Below, in pieces: positions 32,857-41,605 of a DNA stretch of 64,000 nucleotides. The notes beneath the pieces are model-generated. The model was not told where the DNA came from, ran no database searches, and saw only the letters and a program-made list of their open reading frames with translations. Origin of the DNA: a virus; IMG/VR virus record IMGVR_UViG_3300045988_082442, positions 1-64,000 of that record; one strand, given 5' to 3'. The position numbers and the translations under genes are program-made. Within the stretch, counting starts at the first letter, position 1, and each line of letters begins with the position of its first letter.

Positions 32857-33210
32857 ATGTGCGATAATAATTTAATAATAGGTGATTCATTAAAAATTAA
32901 AGGTTATGGAGAACATATAGGAAAAGATTATTTCGTTTATTTTGAAAATATATCTCCTGATTTGTTAAAATATAAATTTCGTAATAGATGGGGAATGGAA
33001 GAATTTTTATATTCTAATGGTATTGAAAAATTTGATTATAAATCTTCTAATGGAAAAGTAATCACAAAAGTTTGGGAATATATTCCAGAAGAAGTAGAAG
33101 ATTGGAGAACTAGTTGGTGTAGAACTAAAACTGAAAAACAGAGGGGAATGCCAGAAAAATATACTTATGAAGACTGGCATTTAGGTCATTATATTAAGGA
33201 GAAAAAATAA
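32857..33210 (+). CDS. hypothetical protein
   Basis: 117-aa ORF with a TAGGAGG RBS. Confidence 0.6.
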   Translation: MCDNNLIIGDSLKIKGYGEHIGKDYFVYFENISPDLLKYKFRNRWGMEEFLYSNGIEKFDYKSSNGKVITKVWEYIPEEVEDWRTSWCRTKTEKQRGMPEKYTYEDWHLGHYIKEKK

Positions 33211-33332
33211 TGGAAGAGAATTATTATTGTAAAATATGTGATTGTGAAATAACAAAATGGCAACATGAGAATAATGATGATATATGTACTTTTTGTCAAG
33301 AAGAAATTGATGAAGATGATAATGAGAATTAA
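33210..33332 (+). CDS. small zinc-ribbon protein (40 aa, below the track cutoff)
   Basis: TAATG-coupled start. Motif CKICDC...CTFCQ. Confidence 0.45.
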   Translation: MEENYYCKICDCEITKWQHENNDDICTFCQEEIDEDDNEN

Positions 33333-33347
33333 GGTGGTGAATAACTT

Positions 33348-33521
33348 ATGGAAAATGATGAGATAGAAATAGTTTTTACTATTGAACAGTTAAGACTAAT
33401 AAGAGACGCTCTTAAAGGTCAATTAGTCAGAGAAAATGATATGAACTTTGACTACTTATCAAGAGTTACTACTATTGGTAAAAAGATAGAAAATGAATTG
33501 AGGTGTAACAATGCAATATAA
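33348..33521 (+). CDS. hypothetical small protein (57 aa)
   Basis: ATG 33348 with an AAGGTGGTG RBS. Its stop overlaps the nrdG start. Confidence 0.5.
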   Translation: MENDEIEIVFTIEQLRLIRDALKGQLVRENDMNFDYLSRVTTIGKKIENELRCNNAI

Positions 33522-34008
33522 TAAAATAAGAAAAATGGATATTTCAAATGGACCAGGTGTTAGGGTTTCTATATTTGTTCAAGGTTGTGCTTTTAACTGT
33601 AAAGGTTGTTTCAACCCAGAAACACATGATTTTAATTCTGGAAAAGAATTTACAACAATGGAAGCAAATAAGATAATACAATTAGCTAATAAAGATTATA
33701 TAAATGGGTTATCTATACTTGGTGGTGAACCTTTACATCCTAAAAATATAGAGAGTGTTTCTATGCTATGTGAATACTTCAAATATAAGTACCCATATAA
33801 AACAATATGGCTATGGTCAGGATTTAGATATGAAGATATACTAGAAAGAGAAAATAATTATAATATATTTAATTATATAGATGTTCTTGTAGATGGTCAA
33901 TTTAAGGAAGAATATCATAACCCAACTTTAAGATGGAAAGGTTCCTCTAATCAAAGAGTTATTGATGTTCAATCATCACTTAAAGAAGAAAGAGTAGTTG
34001 AATTATAA
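33511..34008 (+). CDS. nrdG: anaerobic RNR activating protein (radical SAM)
   Basis: GPGVRVSIFVQGCAFNCKGCFNPETH (CxxxCxxC). Confidence 0.9.
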   Translation: MQYNKIRKMDISNGPGVRVSIFVQGCAFNCKGCFNPETHDFNSGKEFTTMEANKIIQLANKDYINGLSILGGEPLHPKNIESVSMLCEYFKYKYPYKTIWLWSGFRYEDILERENNYNIFNYIDVLVDGQFKEEYHNPTLRWKGSSNQRVIDVQSSLKEERVVEL

Positions 34009-34031
34009 TAGGTTGCTAATGTGTCAGGATG

Positions 34032-34060
34032 CCCCAGAATTGATTTTAAATATTCTGGGG
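34032..34060 (+). terminator. 9-bp hairpin after nrdG
   Basis: CCCCAGAAT (34032-34040) / ATTCTGGGG (34052-34060). This argues that the track ORF start at 33998 is not real. Confidence 0.45.
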
Positions 34061-34090
34061 TATAATTTTATAGATGGAGGTATAAAAGCA

Positions 34091-34423
34091 ATGAGAATAA
34101 AGAATAAAAAGTTAGAGTGGTATGTTTTAAATTACAACTTTAATAAAAAGAAAGTAGTTCAATATAATATATTCTATCAAGACTTTATAGATGGTCTTTA
34201 TAAAGAATATAAAAAGAAGAATATACTTACAAAAGATGATTTAAAAGAATTTATCAAAAGATATTGCTTCAACTATATGGGAAGAAGAGAATATGAAATA
34301 ATGGTAGGTGACTTATTTGATGATATAGACAACTGTGAAAAGATAGATGTATATACTCAAGTAATGATGAATATTGATAGAATAGTTGACTATGTCAATG
34401 AGGAATTATCAATAGGACTATAA
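34091..34423 (+). CDS. hypothetical protein
   Basis: ATG 34091 with GGAGG at 34075-34079. Confidence 0.55.
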   Translation: MRIKNKKLEWYVLNYNFNKKKVVQYNIFYQDFIDGLYKEYKKKNILTKDDLKEFIKRYCFNYMGRREYEIMVGDLFDDIDNCEKIDVYTQVMMNIDRIVDYVNEELSIGL

Positions 34424-34446
34424 AATATTAATAGGAGGGGTAAATT

Positions 34447-35115
34447 ATGAAGATTATAAAACCAGTAATAGAAGTAGAGAATTATGATGGTATTAAAATC
34501 ATGAAAAACATTGAAAGGGCTTGTAGAACTTGCTATAGAAGTGAGGGGCTTATAACAGAAGATAGCTATAAAAAATTATTGAATAACTGTATAAATAGGG
34601 GGCATGAATCTGTTCTAGAACATGAGAAAATAACAATTAGAATGACATGTGATATTGGTGTCTATAAAGATTTAACTCGTCATAGATTTGGTAGTTTCTC
34701 AATAGAATCTACAAGATACTGTAATTATGGTAAAGATAAATTTGATAATGAAATAAAATTTATAGAACCTTGTAATATAGATAGAGGTACAGTTGAATAT
34801 GCTCATTGGTTAAATGTTATGCAAGTTATAGATAATACATATAATGAGTTATCAAGAATAGGATGCACTCCAGACCAAATGAGAATGATATTACCTCATT
34901 CTACAGCAGCACAGGTTACAATGACAGCAAATATAAGAGAGTGGAGACATATATTAGATTTAAGAACAAAGAAAATGACACATCCATCTATTAGACAATT
35001 GCTTATTCCTTTATTACTTAAATTTAAAAGTGATATGCCAGAATTATTTGATAGTATTGAATATGACACTGACTTCCCAGTTGAGAAATATGCTGAACTT
35101 AAAATAATGGATTAG
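34447..35115 (+). CDS. thyX: flavin-dependent thymidylate synthase
   Basis: ThyX motif TRHRFGSFSIESTRY plus REWRHILDLR. A class-3 variant TAAAATATTAATAGGA lies at 34421-34436. Confidence 0.9.
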   Translation: MKIIKPVIEVENYDGIKIMKNIERACRTCYRSEGLITEDSYKKLLNNCINRGHESVLEHEKITIRMTCDIGVYKDLTRHRFGSFSIESTRYCNYGKDKFDNEIKFIEPCNIDRGTVEYAHWLNVMQVIDNTYNELSRIGCTPDQMRMILPHSTAAQVTMTANIREWRHILDLRTKKMTHPSIRQLLIPLLLKFKSDMPELFDSIEYDTDFPVEKYAELKIMD

Positions 35116-35126
35116 GAGGTGATATA

Positions 35127-35531
35127 ATGTTAAATATAGAATTAGATTTTGAAGTTGCAAATACAGAAATCTGTCAAGAACTAACTCTTATGAAATTGGA
35201 ACTTCTAAAAGATTATGATATAAATTATAGACCAGGATACAGAGTTGTATTGGAACATAATCTACAAAGTGCTAGAGATTTTGGACTTAAAGAATATAAA
35301 ACTAGAAAGAGAGAAGTGGAATTCTATGATAACTTAGAGAAAGCAATAAACTATTTGAAAGAAAAAGCAATAGACTATCAACTTAAAGCAGATGAAGAAA
35401 AAGCAAAACTTACAGATGAATACGATGCACCTATAAGAGAATATTGGTGTTACACTGCAGCTTATAGAGCAATGCAAGTGCTAATGAGACAGATAACAGA
35501 GGGGGATACTTATGTTATTAGAAACTGGTAA
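35127..35531 (+). CDS. hypothetical protein
   Basis: 134-aa ORF with a GGAGG RBS. Confidence 0.6.
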   Translation: MLNIELDFEVANTEICQELTLMKLELLKDYDINYRPGYRVVLEHNLQSARDFGLKEYKTRKREVEFYDNLEKAINYLKEKAIDYQLKADEEKAKLTDEYDAPIREYWCYTAAYRAMQVLMRQITEGDTYVIRNW

Positions 35532-35557
35532 TTATATTTAGATACGGAGGTTTTGTT

Positions 35558-35725
35558 ATGAAAGAATGTGATTGTTTAAAAGAATTTAAGGATAGTATTA
35601 TGAATTATACTTTTTATGATGAGCAACATAATTTAATATTATGCTTAAATGAAGATAAGATTAAAGAGATATTTGGTGTTGACAAAGTAATATTTCAAGA
35701 AGATTTTGGTTATGAAAGGAAATAG
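35558..35725 (+). CDS. hypothetical small protein (55 aa)
   Basis: ATG 35558 with ACGGAGG upstream. The terminator follows directly. Confidence 0.5.
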   Translation: MKECDCLKEFKDSIMNYTFYDEQHNLILCLNEDKIKEIFGVDKVIFQEDFGYERK

Positions 35726-35749
35726 AGTACATAATGTACTCTATTTTTA
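35722..35749. terminator. bidirectional terminator between convergent blocks
   Basis: ATAGAGTACA (35722-35731) / TGTACTCTAT (35735-35744), then TTTTT. Confidence 0.7.
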
Positions 35750-35986
35750 TTCTTCATTATAAATTAAGTCTATTAAATCCCTAAATACAGTATGTATGTT
35801 TTCACCCTCTTTATAGTTTCTTAAATAATATTCAACCATAAGGATTTTATTACTATCTCTGAATTTATTAGATTTAAAAGTATGATATTCTTTTCTTGTT
35901 ATTTGTAGTTGAATATAAGTAATCAGAAATAATGTTAATAACAATATTATTACTAAAATCAGAATAATCATAATATTAGATACCAT
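35747..35986 (-). CDS. small membrane protein
   Basis: N-terminal TM segment IMIILILVIILLLTLFLITYI. Confidence 0.6.
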   Translation of the reverse strand: MVSNIMIILILVIILLLTLFLITYIQLQITRKEYHTFKSNKFRDSNKILMVEYYLRNYKEGENIHTVFRDLIDLIYNEE

Positions 35987-35988
35987 AA

Positions 35989-36519
35989 TTAGTCATCCTC
36001 CTCTTCCACATCTACTAAACAAGATTCAACAGCTTTTAAAATATATCTATCTTCTTGGAAATGGTTTACAGAAGACTTTATGTATGATGTAATTATTGAT
36101 ATACATATTTGACTTATTATGAAAGCTATCTCAATTCCTAAGCAGAATAAGATTACTCTTGTATCCTTATTATAAAGAAGCACAAATGCAAAATTTAATA
36201 CTGATACTATTGCTAATATAAGAGAAAATATCTTCTCAAAACTAATTATTTTATCTATTATCATAGAATCTGTTGTTCTATCTACCATTGTTGCTTTTAT
36301 GTTTTCTTCTATACTCTTCATTGATATAGTTCCCTTTTTAATTTTAACTGAAACTTCATCATCTTTCTTCACATCTTTCTTCACATCTTTTTTAGGTGTA
36401 TTTTTTACTTCTTTTTCAGAAGTTTCTTTTACCTTTGATGTTTTAGATTTAGGGCTAGTTTTCTTTACATCTTTCTTAACAGTAGATTTCTTTGTTGTTT
36501 TCTTTTCTTCTTCCATCAA
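35989..36519 (-). CDS. membrane protein with Lys-rich N-terminal tail
   Basis: KKTTKKSTVKKDVKK... followed by two hydrophobic segments. Confidence 0.6.
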   Translation of the reverse strand: MMEEEKKTTKKSTVKKDVKKTSPKSKTSKVKETSEKEVKNTPKKDVKKDVKKDDEVSVKIKKGTISMKSIEENIKATMVDRTTDSMIIDKIISFEKIFSLILAIVSVLNFAFVLLYNKDTRVILFCLGIEIAFIISQICISIITSYIKSSVNHFQEDRYILKAVESCLVDVEEEDD

Positions 36520-36983
36520 ATACTCCTCCTTTCTATATTATAATTATCATTATGTAATTGTACTAATTTGTCCAATGTCATGTTATCTTCTCCTAGGAAT
36601 AATAATCTGAAATCACCATAGCCTGTAATTAGTTTAGATATGTCTTTTTTAGCAAACCTTTTTGACGAACAGGTAGTTTTACAAACAACTCTACCTACAT
36701 CATCAACAGCAATATAATCTCCTCTTAAATCTTCTATACCATCAGTGCTATTGCTACTTAATACATATATCTTTCTTTTTATGTTAAAATCTAAATCTTT
36801 CTTTTTAACATAATACTGAATACCTTTATATTTAACAATACAGAATGTTCCATATAAATTACTATAGTTATCATCTATTACAGCAACACAAGCTCCATTT
36901 GGTATATTCTTATATTTATGAGCAATTTGAGTTTTATAATCCTCATCTGCTAATTCTTTTAAGGCTCTGGCTTTATTCTTCAT
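36516..36983 (-). CDS. hypothetical protein
   Basis: 155-aa ORF; its stop overlaps the start of the downstream gene 35989..36519. Confidence 0.6.
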   Translation of the reverse strand: MKNKARALKELADEDYKTQIAHKYKNIPNGACVAVIDDNYSNLYGTFCIVKYKGIQYYVKKKDLDFNIKRKIYVLSSNSTDGIEDLRGDYIAVDDVGRVVCKTTCSSKRFAKKDISKLITGYGDFRLLFLGEDNMTLDKLVQLHNDNYNIERRSI

Positions 36984-36984
36984 C

Positions 36985-37209
36985 TTATTCTAATCCCCCA
37001 TCTGGTTTCTTATAACTTTTCACATAATTATCTAATTCATATTTTGTTTGTTCATAAGTTTTACCATTCTTCTTTTGGTATTCTTCATTTGACATATAAA
37101 ATTTACAGTTCTCTGATGTGCAATATAATCTTTTTAAACAAGCACAATCAACTGTTTTTAATCTTTGTTCATAAGCAAAGCAATCAGTTTTAGGTTGTTG
37201 TTTAATCAT
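36985..37209 (-). CDS. small Cys-rich protein
   Basis: CFAYEQRLKTVDCACLKRLYCTSENCKFY. Confidence 0.55.
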   Translation of the reverse strand: MIKQQPKTDCFAYEQRLKTVDCACLKRLYCTSENCKFYMSNEEYQKKNGKTYEQTKYELDNYVKSYKKPDGGLE

Positions 37210-38206
37210 GATAATTTTCCTCCAATTCTTTTAATCTATATGCTAATATCTTATCAATAGCATACTCTTCAAGAGTATGTTTTGACTTACCTTTTACAAT
37301 ATTCATAACATCTTTTGCAAAAGAGTAGAACCTTTTATGTACATCTCTATCTTCTTTGTATTGCTCATCTGTTAAGCCTTCTGGACCGTTATATACAAAC
37401 CAATTATTTGCATCAATATATAAATAATCTTTATCTATAAACTTATTTAATAAACCAACATCATGCTCAATATCATCTTCATCTGCACCATCTGGAATAG
37501 CCAATTTTATATGAATACTAGGTGTGCAATCCTCAGATAATGTAACTAAATAGTCCATTGCCTTCAATTTTCTTACAAATTTCATAGATATTTTAGAATC
37601 CTTTTTAATTTGTTTTAATTTTGCATGGTCATACTTCCAGTTTGAGAATTTAGATTTTACATAGTATCTTAAGCATTGTAAATCTGATTTCTCATACCAA
37701 ATGTTTTCTCTACCACCATATACATAGGCTTTTATAGGATGGTTGTGCATCCAAGTTAATATTTCTGGTACATCAGATAGGTACCATTCTTCATTCTTAA
37801 TTCTTCTGTTTGTTTCTTCTGATTTCTCATACCAAGCACTTCTGTATATTCCTTGAACATAATCTGAATAAGATGGTTTAAACTTGTCAATTTCTTTTTC
37901 AGATTGTGTAAAGAACAACAACTCTGATTTAGAACTTACTTTATATTGGTCTGACCATAAAAGTATATTATTATCTATACATTGTGAAATCTTTGTAAAT
38001 CTATTTGTGTTCCAAAATGCAAATAGAAATCCAGGTATTTCTTTTATATGAAAATGACAGATACTATCTTTTGGTCCATCAAATAAAAAATATGTATTAG
38101 TGAAATATATATCTGTAGCGTGAAATCCTGTATATTCCTCAATTTCTTTTATTGCTGATAAAGCTAAGTTCTTGTTTGATAATTTACTTAATTTTGCTTC
38201 CCCCAT
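37202..38206 (-). CDS. hypothetical protein
   Basis: ATG at 38206 with an AAAGGAG RBS. The track start at 38239 abuts the -10 box, so it was rejected. Confidence 0.6.
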   Translation of the reverse strand: MGEAKLSKLSNKNLALSAIKEIEEYTGFHATDIYFTNTYFLFDGPKDSICHFHIKEIPGFLFAFWNTNRFTKISQCIDNNILLWSDQYKVSSKSELLFFTQSEKEIDKFKPSYSDYVQGIYRSAWYEKSEETNRRIKNEEWYLSDVPEILTWMHNHPIKAYVYGGRENIWYEKSDLQCLRYYVKSKFSNWKYDHAKLKQIKKDSKISMKFVRKLKAMDYLVTLSEDCTPSIHIKLAIPDGADEDDIEHDVGLLNKFIDKDYLYIDANNWFVYNGPEGLTDEQYKEDRDVHKRFYSFAKDVMNIVKGKSKHTLEEYAIDKILAYRLKELEENYHD

Positions 38207-38239
38207 TATAATTACTCCTTTATTTATAAAATTTACCAA

Positions 38240-38268
38240 ATTATATTATAAGTTTAAAAATATGTCAA
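38240..38268 (-). promoter_or_regulatory. class-1 early promoter (minus strand) TTGACA-17-TATAAT
   Basis: TGTCAA at 38263-38268; ATTATA at 38240-38245. Confidence 0.75.
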
Positions 38269-38272
38269 GCAT

Positions 38273-38554
38273 TTATTCAAATAATTTATTTAATATTTCT
38301 GAATACCAATCAATTTCTTTTTGACTAATATATGGGTTTAATGCTTCCTTTTGGTATTCAATTTCTTCATCATTCAATTCTTTATGTCTAACCATATATC
38401 TCTCAATGTCTTTTTCCTTATATTTCTTAATACAGCTGTAAGAACGAACATATACTTCATATATAATCTCCTTATTATCACGAATCCAAGATTTACATAT
38501 AACTCCAATACATGTTCCATCTACAACTACTATATCTCCAAAACAAAATTTCAT
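38273..38554 (-). CDS. hypothetical protein
   Basis: 93-aa ORF. Confidence 0.6.
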   Translation of the reverse strand: MKFCFGDIVVVDGTCIGVICKSWIRDNKEIIYEVYVRSYSCIKKYKEKDIERYMVRHKELNDEEIEYQKEALNPYISQKEIDWYSEILNKLFE

Positions 38555-38562
38555 AATATCTC

Positions 38563-38850
38563 CTATCTCATCCTTCTTATGTAAGGTGTGTTATTATATA
38601 ATAAATTTTTATGCTCCTTATCATAAGTAACTAATTTAACTTTGATAGACTCATAACAAGAACCATCTATCTCTTGCTCTACAGCTTTGGTTACAATATT
38701 GATTAGAACTAAACCGTTATTTATTTCTGTCATATTTACTATTTTTGTTGTTCCAGTTGTTGATTGATTAGTAAACTTTCCAAATTTATAGCCAGAATTA
38801 TTAAATGCTTCTAATATTTCTTCTTTTAATTCTCTGCTAATTGTTTTCAT
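38563..38850 (-). CDS. hypothetical protein
   Basis: ATG at 38850 with an AGAGGGGG RBS. Confidence 0.6.
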   Translation of the reverse strand: MKTISRELKEEILEAFNNSGYKFGKFTNQSTTGTTKIVNMTEINNGLVLINIVTKAVEQEIDGSCYESIKVKLVTYDKEHKNLLYNNTPYIRRMR

Positions 38851-38883
38851 AAAAATACCCCCTCTAAACAATTTCTTATTATG

Positions 38884-38912
38884 AGCATATCATAAGTTTT
38901 AAATTTTGTCAA
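38884..38912 (-). promoter_or_regulatory. class-1 early promoter (minus strand) TTGACA-17-TATGCT
   Basis: TGTCAA at 38907-38912; -10 complement at 38884-38889. Confidence 0.65.
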
Positions 38913-38922
38913 GCATTTTTAT

Positions 38923-41018
38923 CTATTTCACAAATTCAGATACTTCATTTTTATAGAAGTCATAATTTATTGAATCTTTATGGTCAAGATATTCATTTAC
39001 AAATGCACTAATTAAATCTGCTAATCTAGTAAAATCTTCTTCTTTAAAACCTTTTGTAGTCATTGCAGGTGTTCCAATTCTAACACCAGAAGATTTTAAA
39101 GGTGGAAGCTCGTCATTAGGAATTTGATTTTTATTAAGAGTAATATTTATCTTATCAAGCTCAGTTTCTAAATCTTTACCTGTCATCTTCTTATTTGTAC
39201 TTGAATAAATATCTAGAACAAACATGTGATTTTGAGTTCCATTAGAGATTATCTTATAACCTAATCTTATAAATTCTTTTGCAAAAGCATCAGCATTTAA
39301 TATAACTTGTTTTGCATACTCTTTAAATTCAGGTTGTAATGCTTCCTCAAAACAAATACCTTTACCAGCAATAATATGTTCTAGTGGTCCTCCTTGTATT
39401 CCGTGGGAACACAGCAGAGTTTATTTTCTTTGTTAAATCTTCATCATTCCAAAGAATGATACCACCTCTTGGTCCTCTTAAAGTTTTATGTGTGGTAGAT
39501 GTAACAACATCAGCCCAACCAATAGGAGATGGGTGAACACCACCAGCAACTAAACCAGCAACATGTGCCATATCACGATTTGTTATCTTTATGTTTCCAT
39601 AAAGTCCAGACTATACCATTAACTTTTATATTTCCAAATAAAACCTGAATAAGATTTATATTCATTAGTGCAATTTCTATAAATTCCGTCTATAGCAACT
39701 CCTGTAATTTTTGATGCTTCTTTTACACTTGGGAATGTTGCTATTAAATTTTGATTCATATCATATTGTTCTGTTATCTTTCCGTGTGTTCTTTGTGCTG
39801 CCTTTCTAACCCCATCTGCTAATCCTGTGTTGTATGCGTGTTGAGTATTATAGCCAGGAGTACACCATTCGAGATTAGTATATTTATTATTTCTTTTATT
39901 ACCGTCCTTATGATTTACTTGTGTGTTCTTATTAGGGTTCTTATTTTCTATAAATAAACTTGCAACCAATGTATGTATATATATTTGTTCAAATTTTCCC
40001 AAAAATCTAAATGTTGCAAGTGTATAGTCATTTGACTTAATATTAGAATAATCATAAATCTTTTCAGCCGAATGTCTCACTACTTTTTTACCTTTTCTTT
40101 CATAAGTAGTTTCTCTTGCCAAACTTTTTACTCTCCCATAATTACTAACTTCATATAACCCTTCCCAGTTAGGAACTGCTTTCCAAATTTCCAAATCTTA
40201 TTCACCTTCTTTCCATATAATAAGTTACTCCTTGGTAGTCGTTGAGAGCTTACCATGCCATAATGGTTTAGGTCTATCTCTGCTGATTGTCCAATCTTAA
40301 ATATTTTCAGGTGTTATTAAAATTTCTAATAATAACTACTAATTTAAGCTCTAAGGAGTTTCCAGCATATTCGGAGTTCAATAATATATTTCTATATTAA
40401 GGGGCTGCTTGCTTAGGCACAAAGCAAATTAACCATATATACAGGTCTATCTCCAGTTTTATTATAATAATCTTCTATTATTCTGGCTATTCTTTCATAA
40501 TCTATAATTTGTGAATAAGAACTTGCACCAACTAAAATCATTTTAGGGTTATATTGATATAATTTGTTTTCTATATCTTCATAATCAATAATACCATTTT
40601 CTGTAACACCATAGGAAACTATATTATAATCTTGTCCACTAAATGACATTTTATGTCCGTGTGTTAGATGTCCTCCAGCACCTAAATCCATACCTAAAAC
40701 TGTATCTCCATTATTTAATAATGCTCTGTAAACAGCTTGATTTGCAGAAGAACCACAATGTGGCTGAACATTAGCAAATTTGCAACCAAACAATTTACAT
40801 ACATCATCTATTGCTTTTTGCTCTATCATATCTATATATTTACAACCACCATAATATCTTTTATTAGGATAACCCTCTGCATATTTATTTGTTAGAATAG
40901 AACCACAAGCTGCTTTAACCCTATCACTACAAAAGTTTTCACTTGCTATCAATTCTATATTCTTATTTTGTCTGCCTTGTTCCATTTTAATTATATCTTC
41001 ATAAGAAGCTTCTATCAT
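38923..41018 (-). CDS. glyA: serine hydroxymethyltransferase, interrupted. Exon 1 is 41018-40432, the group I intron is 40431-39576, and exon 2 is 39575-38923 with a 1-nt frame break at 39403.
   Basis: [21 protein letters not shown]..; [29 protein letters not shown]; [27 protein letters not shown]. The reconstructed length of 412 aa is typical of SHMT. Confidence 0.85.
39576..40431 (-). mobile_element. group I intron (856 nt) carrying an HNH homing endonuclease ORF
   Basis: The 5' exon ends in U and the intron ends in G. Splicing restores ..VYMV|DMAHVAG.. in frame. Candidate P7 pairing is GACUA (40240-40236) with UAGUC inside GGUAUAGUC (39613-39609). Confidence 0.75.
39619..40194 (-). CDS. 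intron-encoded HNH homing endonuclease (NUMOD4 + HNH_3-like)
   Basis: TTG start with GAAGGTG 8 nt upstream. Motifs [21 protein letters not shown] and [18 protein letters not shown]. Confidence 0.8.
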   Translation of the reverse strand: MEIWKAVPNWEGLYEVSNYGRVKSLARETTYERKGKKVVRHSAEKIYDYSNIKSNDYTLATFRFLGKFEQIYIHTLVASLFIENKNPNKNTQVNHKDGNKRNNKYTNLEWCTPGYNTQHAYNTGLADGVRKAAQRTHGKITEQYDMNQNLIATFPSVKEASKITGVAIDGIYRNCTNEYKSYSGFIWKYKS

Positions 41019-41019
41019 A

Positions 41020-41568
41020 TTAATATCCTCCTTTATCTAGGGTTTTCATCTTTTTATGATTTCTTACCCTTATTGCAAATGACCTTGTTCCATAATCTGC
41101 AATATCTTTTAATAGTTTTTCAATTAGTTTTTGAGTATCTGGGTGGAATATCATTGTAGGTTTATTCTTTTCATAATACTCTAATGGAGATTTTTGTGTC
41201 CACTTATCTCCCATATAAACTTTTCCAGCACCTATCCAATCACAAATCATTTCTGCAACATATCTATATGGAATTTTAGCTGGTTTATTTTCTTTGGTTC
41301 CTAAATTATCAATCCAATATTCCCAATGATGCTGATTTCTTCCTCTATGATGAAGCCATACATAAGAATAACCTTTTTCTTTCTTTTCTGCATCTATTGG
41401 ACTTGATGTTCCTTGAAAGTATTTAACACTTGTTTTAAATTCTGCCTTACTGAATTTACTCATATCATGTAATAATCCTTGTTTATATAGCCCACATTTA
41501 AAACAAATTTTTCCTACTTCCCATTTGTGTTTACACACAGTTTTGAAATGCTTTAAAGCCTTTTTCAT
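41020..41568 (-). CDS. DUF5662-like / HD-type protein
   Basis: ATG 41568 with a GGAGGTG RBS. Motifs LLHDMSKFS and [15 protein letters not shown]. Confidence 0.55.
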   Translation of the reverse strand: MKKALKHFKTVCKHKWEVGKICFKCGLYKQGLLHDMSKFSKAEFKTSVKYFQGTSSPIDAEKKEKGYSYVWLHHRGRNQHHWEYWIDNLGTKENKPAKIPYRYVAEMICDWIGAGKVYMGDKWTQKSPLEYYEKNKPTMIFHPDTQKLIEKLLKDIADYGTRSFAIRVRNHKKMKTLDKGGY

Positions 41569-41580
41569 TTCTACACCTCC

Positions 41581-41599
41581 TATATTATATAACATCTTT
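41581..41599 (-). promoter_or_regulatory. class-2 promoter on the minus strand, AAAGATGTTATATAATATA
   Basis: Reverse complement of 41581-41599. Drives the 41568 gene and glyA. Confidence 0.55.
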
Positions 41600-41605
41600 A
41601 TTTTG

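Noticed and set aside
36299-36610. 103-aa plus-strand ORF (FFTSFFTSF...).
   Set aside because: It is the mirror image of the Lys-rich (AAG/AAA) minus-strand gene 35989..36519. It has no RBS and lies inside a minus-strand operon. The same applies to 38351..38584 and 40968..41159.
38923-39571. Track ORFs 38923..39225 and 39362..39571, considered as independent small genes.
   Set aside because: Both are contiguous pieces of SHMT: [12 protein letters not shown] in one, and ..[13 protein letters not shown].. in the other. They belong to glyA exon 2, separated only by the 1-nt frame break at 39403.
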